A DNA stretch of 63,484 nucleotides, counting the filler, from Octopus bimaculoides (taxonomy: Eukaryota): assembly GCF_001194135.2 (NCBI RefSeq). It is 9 parts of 9 records of this genome, joined end to end, with 100 filler letters (N's around TTAATTAATTAA, not from the genome) between each part and the next. Parts side by side here need not be neighbours in the genome. Positions count along the whole stretch, not along the records: positions 1 to 28,666 come from NC_068987.1; 8 more parts are not named here. The stretch is one strand, 5' to 3'. Of this stretch, positions 11,587 to 22,499 are shown piece by piece (position 1 is the first letter of the stretch; each line of letters opens with the position of its first letter). Under the pieces are notes generated by a model. It ran no database searches, had not been told where the DNA came from, and worked only from the letters and a program-made list of their open reading frames with translations. Made by a program: the position numbers and the translations under genes.

Positions 11587-13344
11587 TGAAAAATAAAAGA
11601 ATACATCGAAAAGACATGGTCATGATAGATAAAGCATAAACAATGAATGGAAACACATGATTATGATAACAATGATCATGAGATAAAACCAAAACAGCTA
11701 TAGTGCTAATTTAATTGCTCGAAGTGTTAAATTCGAATTTGCGCAAGAACACAACGCTCCGCCGGGAATCGAACTCATGACCTTACGATCATAAGCCAAA
11801 TATCCTAACCACTAAGTCATGCGCCCGCACATCAGAAATGTGAAGCTGTTGGTTCATGGATTTTCAATCAGGAATTGAAATCGCAGCCCAAATGTTTCTA
11901 CTAGCTTCGACCTTGTTTCCATGAAAATCGCAGTCGGAGATTTACGAGTCATCTCTCAAATTCTCGACATTCTTGGGCCACCAACAGTTCAACCCAGATA
12001 ACCTAAGAAAAACCCTCCGCTCTGTTGACCTATTTTAGCGAAGATATTGCTTTAAATACGGAACTCGAGAGGTAAACTGTTTTACTTGCTCTTTCTCACT
12101 TTTGTTCTGGCCACAGAACAGTAAACAACAAATGACCACCACAGCCTACATGAGTGACAACAGAACTACTCGTCTTCATAATTTAACAACTCGAAGCAGT
12201 TGTATATTATAACAATAAATAAAGTCATGTTAGCTGTTATTTATATTAAATTCTTCTCATTTATACTAGTCGCCACTGCATCGAGGATACTGCATTCATT
12301 ACATTCCAGAGACTTCATGAAGAAACGAACTGCACAGCCTTGTTTACGAATGGAGACTACGAATCGAACACACAACACTTCTAACCAGCATACAGATCGT
12401 TACAAATAAATAAAGGAATTGAAAAATAAATGAAATGCCAAGCCTGAATTGAATGAAAAACAAAATAAGGAAAGAGAAAGAAAAATGTATATGATAATAC
12501 TCATACTGAATAATTTCAGCTGTCGATGGAATGAGCCAGGCTATGAATGGTCTGTTTTATTTGAAAAATGCCGAACTTAAGACCACAGGAAATTGTTGTT
12601 GTTGGCACTCCGTCGAGGCTTCCAGTTTATCCGATCAACGGAACAGCCTGCTCGTGAAATTAANNNNNNNNNNNNNNNNNNNNNNNNNNNNNNNNNNNNN
12701 NNNNNNNNNNNNNNNNNNNNNNNNNNNNNNNNNNNNNNNNNNNNNNNNNNNNNNNNNNNNNNNTCTTGACATCAAAATGCATGAAAAATCTCGTCAGTGT
12801 TGTTTGCTTTGTTTTCTTCTTTTTTTCATCATAAAGTTGTATTCTTCCTCTTTGGAGGCCTCTTGTAGTATGGAGTGCAAGAGATAATGGAAAAAAGAGA
12901 CGAAATAGTAATATAGGTACAGAGAGTGTCACTGTGTTGCCTGGCTGACCATAGGCGGGAGAGTGAGAGAGCTAGCGTGTCGGTGGGTGAGGCTGGGTGC
13001 TCGGGATGCGTTGCCGTCACGACAGCAGTTTTCGTACAGGGCACAATATGACATTCAAATGTTTTAAGCTTTTATATTTTGCAAAATATGTAATGACGGC
13101 TCGTAAAGTTCGTCGTAACTCCGAGTGGTCGTTAAATAGGTAGGTCGTTAAATGAGGACAGTCTGTACTGTTTTCATGTTATATTAAATACATGTACGGT
13201 TTACACATTGGTTATGTCACATACATCGTTTACATGAAATTATGGGCTGTCACTGTCGTCACTATTTGTTTCTATCTCAATATACTTTCACTATTTTTAA
13301 GACAATTTTATTTCATTTTTTCACCACCGTAAACTGCATGCTGA

Positions 13345-13545
13345 TTACTGATGGTATCCCACTACATGGTTTGTCTTCAATGCTAGTTTCCTTTTCTTTA
13401 AATTTTTTCCTCCACCGGTACATATTGTTATTGTCAAGAGTGTCATCTCCGTAAACCACCTGTAGATGTCGGATAGACTGTATCTCTCTTTCGTCAAGAA
13501 CTCAATGACGGCACGTTGCTTTTGCTTGGAAGTCATTATTTGCCA
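13345..13545 (-). mobile_element. Mariner transposase N-terminal HTH remnant
   Basis: KQKQRAVIEFLTKE..S.SDIYR resembles the mariner HTH start (QRAVIEFL). Confidence 0.6.
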
Positions 13546-13579
13546 GCAATGAAGAACAAGAATAAGAATTTATATAGAG

Positions 13580-13726
13580 CAGTGATTTCCAACCTGTGGT
13601 CTGCAAAGGTAGTACTGGGGATCCGTGAACATTTTAAGCAGACAGATCTTTCAATATCCTGGGGCCCATAGGAAAACTCATTTAAATAAAAGGCGTCCTT
13701 GGTAGTAATAAGGTTGGGAGCCACTG
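13580..13726. mobile_element. hAT (Charlie/Buster-like) MITE
   Basis: TIRs CAGTGATTTCCAACCT and AGGTTGGGAGCCACTG; 8-bp flanks ATATAGAG and CTATAGAA (6/8 match, TATAGA core). Confidence 0.65.
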
Positions 13727-14075
13727 CTATAGAAAATGTTACTCTATTAACATGTGTAACTTGACCAACTTGCGTTAGTTAATAAAAAAAAAACAGTTGA
13801 GCCTATTTTTTCATTACTTTCGTTTCAAGCAGCACGCACGCACACACACACACACGTTGTGCTAAAAATAATGCAAAAATGGGTTTCACGTTTTATTAAC
13901 TAACATAAGTAGTTCAAATTGCACTTGTTGGTTGAGTATCTCTTCCTGTATAGTAATTTTTCTTCCTGTTCTTCATTGCAAGCAAATAATAAGTTCCAAG
14001 TAGAAACAAAATACCATCCCATCATTATACAGTACAGACATACATGCATGAATGTCTGTCTGCATAAACACACCA

Positions 14076-14107
<32 letters not shown>

Positions 14108-14149
14108 GAGGAAAGTAAATACATACATACAGTTTCTCTCAGACAGCAC

Positions 14150-14680
14150 TTCCTAAACAACAGCAGCAAAAATAGATATATTAACTTAGTACTAAAAAAT
14201 GAAGAAAACAATACTCTACGTGTTGGAAGTGAGCTCCTCAAGAAACACTCTTTTTCTGGTGACCTCCCATACAACCCCAAAACAACCAGGCTAACATACC
14301 TCAAAGAAGATCTGGATATGAAATGCTCAGCATACCAAAAACAAAACAAAAAAAACTATGCATGGGTATGTTACTTGAAGATGTGAAGACAGTAATAAGG
14401 ACATGAAGCATAGCCTCTCTTCGTCTTGTGACTTCTACATCACATCACACTTCAAAGGCTATGCATTTGCAATCCAAGAACAGGAGACTATTACAAAATA
14501 CTTAATAAAAAAAGAGACAATGAAGCCCTTGGCACTCCAAGATGCAACTGAAAACATAGATTATGCCATATTTCTATGGAAGACATCATATGTGGTCTTC
14601 CAGCTGCCCAAAAATGTCCTCAAGGTACAACCTACTAATGTGATATGATCTAATTATAAATCTCACAGAGAGACTTAAGC
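14150..14680 (+). mobile_element. R4/NeSL-like (REL-type) non-LTR retroelement remnant
   Basis: ITSHFKGYAFAIQEQE..TKYL followed, after frameshifts, by ED.....SSCPKMSSRY; this is the post-RT CCHC region typical of R4-like elements. Confidence 0.55.
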
Positions 14681-14860
14681 AGCAGTGTTACAATAAAGCA
14701 GTTGTTTACTGTCAACTTAGTGTGACAGACCCATTAAGGGAATCATACTGCTGCTATTTAGCCCTAGGAAGTCAGACCGCTTCCTGTCGGCCTTGACACA
14801 TTTCCTGTGTCCTTATGTTTGTGAGGGGGAGACAAGCACCTCCACCCAGCCTAGCCTGCA

Positions 14861-14903
14861 TTCAGGGACATGTTTCTGAGTCTTTGCTCATCATCAGCCT
14901 GAA
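14861..14903 (-). ncRNA. Minimal type I hammerhead ribozyme motif
   Basis: Minus strand: TTCAGG-CTGATGA-TGAGC-AAA-GACTCA-GAAAC-AT-GTC-CCTGAA. Perfect 6-bp stem I, intact CUGAUGA and GAAA core, palindromic stem III (ACATGT), GUC cleavage triplet. Confidence 0.75.
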
Positions 14904-14989
14904 GTAGCATGGCCAGCTGGCTGAAGATGCCTGTCAACCTCTGACAAATATATATATTTCTAGAGAAAACACATTCACTGATTACAAAA

Positions 14990-16154
14990 ATTAGAATGTA
15001 TGAAGCATTGAAAGCTTATTTCAAAAAGAAATGTTTTCCCTTCAGCGATATGATATCATGCACAACTGATGATGCACCACCTATGACAGGTCATCAAGCT
15101 GGTCTGGTGTCACATATGAAAAAAGAAGTGCCTGGTCTATTTGCAATTGCCTGTGTAATTCATTGGCAACATCTCATTGCTAAAAGGCTTAGTGAGTGAC
15201 TCAGGCTTTAAACACTAGATTGTTCCATCAATTATGTAAAGAAAATGGCGAAGAATATGAAACACTTCTTCACACTGAAGTTCGTTCGTTATCTAAAGGC
15301 TCGTGTTTGAAGCGCTGTTATTGAATTCTTACGTATACAACATGATGAACAACTTGCAAAAAACATTGACTTTCATACGCGGTGATGTGGTTCAATTGGT
15401 TGATATTTACAATAAGATGAACATTTTAAGTTTGTAACTGCAAGGGAATAATTTTACCCTCATTCAAGCAAAAAATGCAATTAACAGTTTCATAAGGAAA
15501 ATCAAACTGTACAAACAAGACTCGGGAAGGAAGGAGTTTTGTCAGTTTCTGTCCATGAAAAGCATTTCACACATATTTACTAAATACGATCTGAGAGTCT
15601 ATTGTGCACATCTACAGCAACTCAGTGATGACTTTCAGACAAGATTTAAGGATTTGATTGAACAGGATATTCCTGACTGGGTAAAGAACCCATGTGTGTG
15701 CAAACCAGAGGAACAAAAATTGATTTGCAAAAGGACATTGTCAAGCTACAATGTGACAAAGAAGGAAAGATGATTTTTGAAATGTGAAATGTGGTTGCAT
15801 TGCAGTGTGAAATTTTCTTTACTGTGGAATGAAGTAAGGCTATTTTTCATTGCATTCCCATCATCTATCTTACTTGGTGGAGAAAGAATTTAATCCAGTA
15901 AACCAAATTTTAACTAAAAACAGAAACCACCTAGTGATTTACGACTTCTTTTGTCAAATTTAGAACCAAGTATTCTTAAATTTGCTGCTGATCACATGGA
16001 TCACACTGATGTGCACACATCCAATGCAGTCAGTAAATGTTACTGTAAATAAAATGTATACATGTATGTAAAATCATCTTCTNNNNNNNNNNNNNNNNNN
16101 NNNNNNNCACATGTTCTAAGGGGGATGGTTGCCAAAAAAGGTTGAGAAACACTG
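14990..16154 (+). mobile_element. Decayed hAT (Buster/Charlie, ZBED8/GTF2IRD2-like) transposon
   Basis: SCTTDDAPPMTG...ACVIHWQHLIAKRL (TDGAP..M.G...HCVIHRQHL-like), HTEVR.LSKG-like segment near 15270, FQTRFKDL; right TIR AAGGTTGAGAAACACTG ending at 16154. Confidence 0.8.
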
Positions 16155-16344
16155 ATCTAAATGATGATGATTGTAGTGATGATGATAATGATGGTGACGA
16201 TGATAATGGTGATGACGACGATGATGGTAGTGATGATCTAGGTGGTGATGGTGGTAGTGGAGGAAGAGGAGGAAAAATAGAATATGAATCCAAAGGTAAT
16301 ATTTCATTTGTTTATTCATTTGCCATATAAGTAAGTTTGTTCAA

Positions 16345-16620
16345 TCATTTTAAGCATGGAAACTTCTTGCCAAGATGATGGCCAATAGTGGGTGCAGTGT
16401 CCACTGCAGACATTTTCTTCATATAACTTTCTGACAGTTGACCAGGAGGGAAAGAGAATTCCATCATAGATATGAATTCCATTGGTTTCTCCTCTTGTAT
16501 TTTAGACAGCTTTTCCTGCAATGCTTTCTTGATCCCAGCCAGTTTCTCTTCATTCATAGAATGAGCACCATTGACCATGAAGGGCTTTAAGACATCCAGG
16601 CCACAAAAGTAAAGACTATA
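16345..16620 (-). CDS. NQO1: NAD(P)H/NRH:quinone oxidoreductase (NQO1/NQO2 family), terminal exon
   Basis: Minus-strand acceptor attctAG|TAT (16622-16621); encodes YSLYFCGLDVLKPFMVNG...EEKPMEF...TIGHHLGKKFPCLK*. The FCG..VL.P motif and GHHLGK tail match the NQO1 C-terminus. Confidence 0.9.
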   Translation of the reverse strand, partial: YSLYFCGLDVLKPFMVNGAHSMNEEKLAGIKKALQEKLSKIQEEKPMEFISMMEFSFPPGQLSESYMKKMSAVDTAPTIGHHLGKKFPCLK

Positions 16621-16875
16621 CTAGAATAGAATAATTAAAAGAATAGATATTAATGAAAGGAGGGGTTTTTTACCCCACACATACACACACATGTAGACAT
16701 AGCCATTCTTAGGTTTGAGTGAAAGCAGTTTAATGCTAAGATAGAGAGAGAGATATGAGACAAGCAACAGAGAGAGTAGGCAATGCTGAGAGACATCAGA
16801 AGCGAAGGAAATACAGGTTTAAAAACAAAGGGATATGTGTGTATAGATATATCTAAATATATATGTGTGTATATA

Positions 16876-18126
16876 TTAGGTTGTCTCACATGAAATATCA
16901 TATTTTTAAATGGGTTTCTTATGAGTTATCTATAAATGGATTTTTAATGAGTTTCTATGCATATGCTTGTGTTTACTTTTAACTCTTTTTCTTTCTAGAC
17001 AATACTATTATTCAAAATTGCTACCCACAGCTCTTATAACAATGTTGACAACTGAACAATACTGAGTGATTTTCTTGTATGAATACAAGTTGGGTAACTC
17101 TGCCACTGAAGCTCTACGAAGCATCAAGCAGGCTTTTGGTAATGATTCTGTTGACATTAGAACTGTTCAGACGTGGTTCCAAAGATTTCATTCAGGAAAT
17201 GAAAGCCTTAAAGATGACCCAAGAGGGAGACTGAAATCAGTTATTTGGCATGATGAACTGAATGCTTTGATTAAACGAAATCCAAGAGGAACAGTCCGAA
17301 AAATCGGATCAGACCTCCAGATGTCTCCTGCAACTGCTTCTTGACACTTGAAGAAAATTGGAAAAGTCAAAAAGATGGATAAGTTTGTTCCCCATCAACT
17401 TAATGAGATTCAAAGAAACAGACACCTTACAGTGTGTTCCATGTTGATTTCTCGGTTGGAAAGAGAACCATTTTTGTGTCGACTCATTACATGTGATGAC
17501 AAATATATACTCTCTGATAACAGCAAGAGGGCAGGACAGAGGTTAGATGCAGGAGAGTCACCAAAACACTATGCAAAACCATCATTGCACCCTAAAAAGT
17601 TGATGGTCACTATATGGTGGTCAACAAAGTGGGTTAGTCATTATTCATTTTTGCAACAAGGAAAAACTGTAACAGCAACATCCTATTGTCAGGAAATTGA
17701 TTGAATGAATGAAAAATTAAAAAAGAAGCAATCCAGATTAGTGAATAGAGATGGCCCAGCTTAGCTTCATGATAATGCACAGACTCACACTTCTCAAGCT
17801 ACAGTCCACAAGTTGCAAAGCCTGAAGTATGAAATCTTGGCACATCTTCCTTATTCTCCTGATATCTCTCTTGCTGATTATCACATTTTTAAACACTTTG
17901 AGCTTGCTATAGGCAATAAGACATTCTTGAATAAAGAAGAGGTAATTAAAGCATTCAAACAATTTATGTGTAAAAGATGACAAATTCTTTGAAGATGGAA
18001 TATATGCCTCGTTGGATGAAGGTCATAAATAGACAAGGATCATATTTTGATTAAATAAATAAATATTCTAAAACTTAAAAAACAATTTTAATGTTTCCAT
18101 GCGACATTTCATGTAAGACAACCTAA
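16876..18126 (+). mobile_element. Full-length but inactivated mariner (D,D34D-type) in NQO last intron
   Basis: TIRs TTAGGTTGTCTCACATGAAAT and ATTTCATGTAAGACAACCTAA (20/21 match) with TA on both sides; 1251 bp. Transposase shows HTH, FVPHQL, ITCDDK, HDNA and PYSPDIS, with several in-frame stops. Confidence 0.95.
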
Positions 18127-18209
18127 TATATATCTAAATATGTTTGTGTGCATATATCTCTCTATCTAGATATATATGTGTGCATATACCTATCTATCTA
18201 GATATATCA

Positions 18210-18650
18210 TCATCATCATCATCATTTAACATCCGCTTTCCATGCTAGCATGGATTGGACGATTTGACTGGGGACTGGCAAACCAGATGTCTACACCAGA
18301 CCCCAATCTGATCTGGCAGAGTTTCTACAGCTGGATGCCCTTCCTAATGCCAACCACTCTGAGAGTGTAGTGGGTGCTTTTTACATGCCACCGGCACGAG
18401 GGCCAGTCCAGCGGTACTGGCAATGGCCATGCTCAAATGGTGTTTTTTTATGTGCCACCTGCACAGTAGTCAGTCCAATGTTTTGTTCACATGCCACCAG
18501 CACCAGTGCCAGTAAGGTGAAGCTGGAAATGATCACGCTCAAATGGTGCTTTTTACGTGTCACCGGCACGGAAGCGAGACTGCTGCTCTGGCAGTGATCC
18601 CGCTCAGATGGTGCTGTTAGCGCTCCACTGGCATGGGTGCCAGTCATCGA
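18210..18650 (-). mobile_element. RTE-type LINE 3' end/UTR with (GAT)n tail
   Basis: (CAT)n followed by ttaacatccgctttccatgc...ggatgcccttcctaatgccaacc and internally repeated atggtgctttttacgtgccaccggcac units; a related sequence lies in forward orientation at the window end. Confidence 0.6.
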
Positions 18651-18919
18651 ATTTATCTATCTATCTATCTAGATGTGTATCCGTGTGCATATATCTATCT
18701 ATCTATCTAGATATATGTGTGTGCATATATCTATCTGTCTAGATGTATGTGTGTGCATATATCTAACTATCTAGATATATGTGTGTGTATATATTTATTT
18801 ATATGTGTGTTTATATATCTATTTATATGTGTGTTTATATAGATATATGTATGTGTATATATCTATTTATATGTGTGTGTATATATCTATCTAGATATGT
18901 GTGGGTGGAAGGATAAATT

Positions 18920-18950
<31 letters not shown>

Positions 18951-19519
18951 GGATGGATTAGATAAATAGTTTAGATAGACAGACAGGTGTGTGTGTGTGT
19001 GAGTATTTATGGATAGAAAAAGAGAAGGACATGGGAACACAAACTGTATGAATACAAAAGAAATCGGAAAGAGAGGGAGAAAAACAGACTGACAGATAAA
19101 ATGTCAGAAATATAGTTAGAAAAAGTATGACAGAAAATTAAATAAATGTCAAGAGAACAGAAATTAGGTAAAAAGCTTAATTAGCTCACAGCTGTTTCTA
19201 CTATAAGACACAGAGCACATTTCAAAAGTGATCTTTACTGTGTGCTTAAATTCTTTCCCAAATAAATTTGCACATCATACCAGAGTGATGCACAAACACT
19301 CAGCTTTGAGTGCACTGCATCTTATGACAGAAACAGCTGCAAGCTAATGAAGTTGATTATGTAATTCATGTTCCCTTGTCATTTATTTAACTTCATATTA
19401 TGCTCTGTGCTTGACTAACATTTTATTCTAAAGCATATATATATTGAATTCTAGCTCCAGGTTAATTAGTATTACCATGTCTAGGTGAAATCTTAAAATA
19501 GTCAGAAAGATATGGTTCG

Positions 19520-19900
19520 CACTCCGTCGGTTACGACGATGAGGGTTCCAGTTGATCCGATCAATGGAACAGCCTGCTCATGAAATTAACGTGCAAGTGG
19601 CTGAGCACTCCACAGACACGTGCACCCTTAACGTAGTTCTCGGGGGAGATTCAGCGTGACACAGAATGCGACAAGGCTGGCCCTTTGAAATACAGGTACA
19701 ACAGAAACAGGAAGATAGAGTGAGAGAAAGTTGTGGTGAAAGAGTACAGCAGGGTTCGCCACCACCCCCTGCCGGAGCCTCGTGGAGCTTTAGGTGTTTT
19801 CACTCAATATACACTCACAATGCCCGGTTTGGGAATCAAAACCGCGATCCTACGACCGCAAGTCCACTGCCCTAACCACTGGGCCATTGCGCCTCCACAG
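19520..19900 (-). mobile_element. tRNA-derived SINE family C
   Basis: Minus-strand head tgtggaggcgcaatggcccagtggttagggcagtggac...ttttgattccc; homologous pieces near 11740-11830, 12590-12662, 41030-41340 and 63190-63360. Confidence 0.75.
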
Positions 19901-19984
19901 TCAGAAAGATAAAGACAGAGATAAACAGATAGACAAGCAGATTCAGAAAGAGAAGCTAGGCTGGACAAAGAGTGTGATATTTAC

Positions 19985-20086
19985 TTGTGTTGGCCACAGA
20001 GCTACATTGATATCTCCATTGAATCCATTTGGTGCAAACATCGGTTCAGAAGACCCTGTGGTAAATGACAGCATTGTGCGTTTACC
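19985..20086 (-). CDS. NQO1: NQO family internal exon (102 nt)
   Basis: ttttcAG|GGT to CAA|GTAAAT, phase 0/0; encodes GKRTMLSFTTGSSEPMFAPNGFNGDINVALWPTQ (LS.TTG...GD....LWP.Q motif). Confidence 0.93.
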
Positions 20087-20849
20087 CTGAAAATGAAAGG
20101 AAAAGAAACATTCAGTCATGTGATATTCCATTTTTTTGCCTATGGATCCCTTTGATTCCTATTTTACTTAAATGGATCCTCAGATAGAGAATGACGAGAG
20201 CAAAAGGGGAATGAAGCAAATGCTGTGGCCAGCGGAACTGACTCGGCACCAGACAACCTGGTCAATCCAGGTGATCTAGGATCCTCATAGTCATTTGTTG
20301 TTTAACCCTTTAGCATTCATATTTCTCAATCAGAAGTAATTCTTATTCATTCGCATTGTTTTTAATTAATCATGCATTATTTTGTAGCTTTGAGATTTAG
20401 AATGATATAGTAGGGTTAGCATATCTAGCTAGTCTGAGCATAAAACAAGTAGAATATATTGGCTGGATTTGATCAGTTTAAATGTTAAAGGGTTTAAAAA
20501 TCCTGTTACATTTATATAATGAAATATTATTAGGAATTGTATTAAAAATATAATTAAAATATTTGGTAAATTGTAGAAATATAACTGATTTATTACACAT
20601 AATTTTTAACAAGAAAATCTTATATGGGCCCCTAAGGATCACTTGGACCCCGGTTGAGAGCCACTGATATAACTGGTAGACTACATAGTGTATGTTTAAT
20701 AAGTGCAATAATGCACAACAATAAAATAGGTGCAACAGATGCAGGTCGATGATTAGAATGTAGTATTTGGTTATCTTCTTTTACAAACTGACATCGTATA
20801 GCCTACACCGGTCTTTGATTTGCATCCTATTGAGGTCGATAATATACCT

Positions 20850-21475
20850 TTTACTTTTTACTTGTTTCAGTCATTAGAACAAGGCCATGCTGGAGCACAA
20901 CCTTGAAGAATTTTTAGTTGAGTGAATCAACTCCAGCACATTCTTTTTAAAGCCTGGTACTTATTCTGTTGGTCTCTTTACCAACCTGCTAAGTTATGGG
21001 GATATAAACACAACACTGGTTGTCAAATGGTGGTGGGGGGACAAACACAGACACAAAGACACACACACATACATACAATGAGCTTCTTTCAGTTTCCATC
21101 TACCAAATTCATGCATAAGGCTTTGGTCACCCCAAGGCTATAGTGGAAGACACTTGCCTAAGGTGCCACTCAGTGGAACTAGACCTGGAACCATGTGGTT
21201 GGGAAGCAAGCTTCTTATTTCTTTATTGCCCACAAGGGACTAAACATAGAGGGGACAAACAAGGACAGATAAAGGGATTAAGTCGATTACATCGACCCCA
21301 GTGCGCAACTGGTACTTAATTTATCGACCCCAAAAGGATGAAAGGCAAAGTCGACCTCGGCGGAATTTGAACTGAGAATGTAGCAGCAGACGAAATACCG
21401 CTAAGCATTTCGCCCAGCGTGCTAACATTTCTGCCAGCTCACCACAAGCTTCTTACCACACAGCCACGCCCATAC
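20850..21475 (-). mobile_element. tRNA-derived SINE family B interrupted by a family A SINE
   Basis: ttttacttgtttcagtcatt...ccatgctggagcac...(CA)n...tttcagtttccatctaccaaatt...ccatgtggttgggaagcaag; the head continues after 21445. Confidence 0.8.
21218..21444 (-). mobile_element. Young family A SINE variant with 11-bp TSD
   Basis: CAAGCTTCTTA at 21207-21217 and at 21445-21455; most CpGs are retained; distinct ...cccttgtgggcaataaagaa tail. Confidence 0.88.
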
Positions 21476-21539
21476 CTACATATATTATATATATATATTG
21501 TGTGCGTGTGTCTTTGTGCTTGTGTTTGTCCCCACCACC

Positions 21540-22135
21540 AGCACAAGGCCTGAAATGTTTTTGGTGGGAAGGGCTAGCCAATTACATTGACCCCCAGTAC
21601 TCAAATGTTACTTATCTTACTGAGGATGAAAGGCATAGTCAGGCTTGGTAGCATTTAAACTTGGAACATAAAGCTAGAAGAAATACTACTAACCATTTTG
21701 TCCAGTGTACTAACAATTCTGCCAGCTCACTACCTTGAGGTCAACAATATTGGTTTCAAATTTTGGCACAAGGTCAGCAAGTTCAGGGGAGCAACCCCGA
21801 AAGGGATGAAAGGCAAAGTTGACCTCAGTGGGATTTGAACTCAGAATGTAAGGATGGACAAAATGTTGCTATGCATTTTGCCTGGTGTGCCAGCTCATCA
21901 CCTTGAGGTCAACAATATTCTTTTTTCTATAGGCACAAGGCCTGAAATTTTTGGGAGGGGGATAATCAATTGCATTGAACCCAGTACTCAACTGATACTT
22001 AATTTATTGACCCCAAAAGGATGAAAGGCAAAAATCGACCTCAGTGGAATTTGAACTCAGATCAAAGTGACGAGCAAAATACCACTAAGCATTTCATCTA
22101 ATGTGCTAATGATTCTGCCAGATCACCACCTCATT
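21540..22135 (-). mobile_element. Three tandem family A SINEs on the minus strand
   Basis: Repeated ggcacaaggcctgaa...gatgaaaggcaaagtcgacctc...tttgaactc...ctgccagctcac units separated by TGAGGTCAACAATATT. Confidence 0.82.
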
Positions 22136-22248
22136 GAGGTTAATAATATTAACAATAATCGGGATGGAAATGCTCAACATGGCCACAATCAAGTTCCAGA
22201 GAACAGTATAAAAATTAAAATGATATATTTAAAGGACTGAAGAATTAC

Positions 22249-22499
22249 CTTGAGTAAACCATTATCCAAAAGTTTTCCTTGTCTTTGATCATAAGCAAAA
22301 CCACTGATCAATACCTTTTCAAACCATCCTTTCAATATTGCAGGCATTGCGTACCAATATAAGGGAAACTGAAAATAAATGAAGTCAGCCCAAGAGACCT
22401 TATTAAGTTCTTCTTGAATATAAGGAGGCAATGTTTTAGCAGCATAGGCATTTGCACTTGCATGGCTATATTGAATATGATCCTTGTTGGATGAAGAGT
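22249..22499 (-). CDS. NQO1: NQO family internal exon (251 nt, FMN/FAD-binding region)
   Basis: tttacAG|AC (phase 1) to AAG|GTAATT (phase 0); encodes ...WADFIYFQFPLYWYAMPAILKGWFEKVLISGFAY..., the hallmark FQFPL.W...PAILKGW motif. The 5' exons were not found. Confidence 0.93.
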
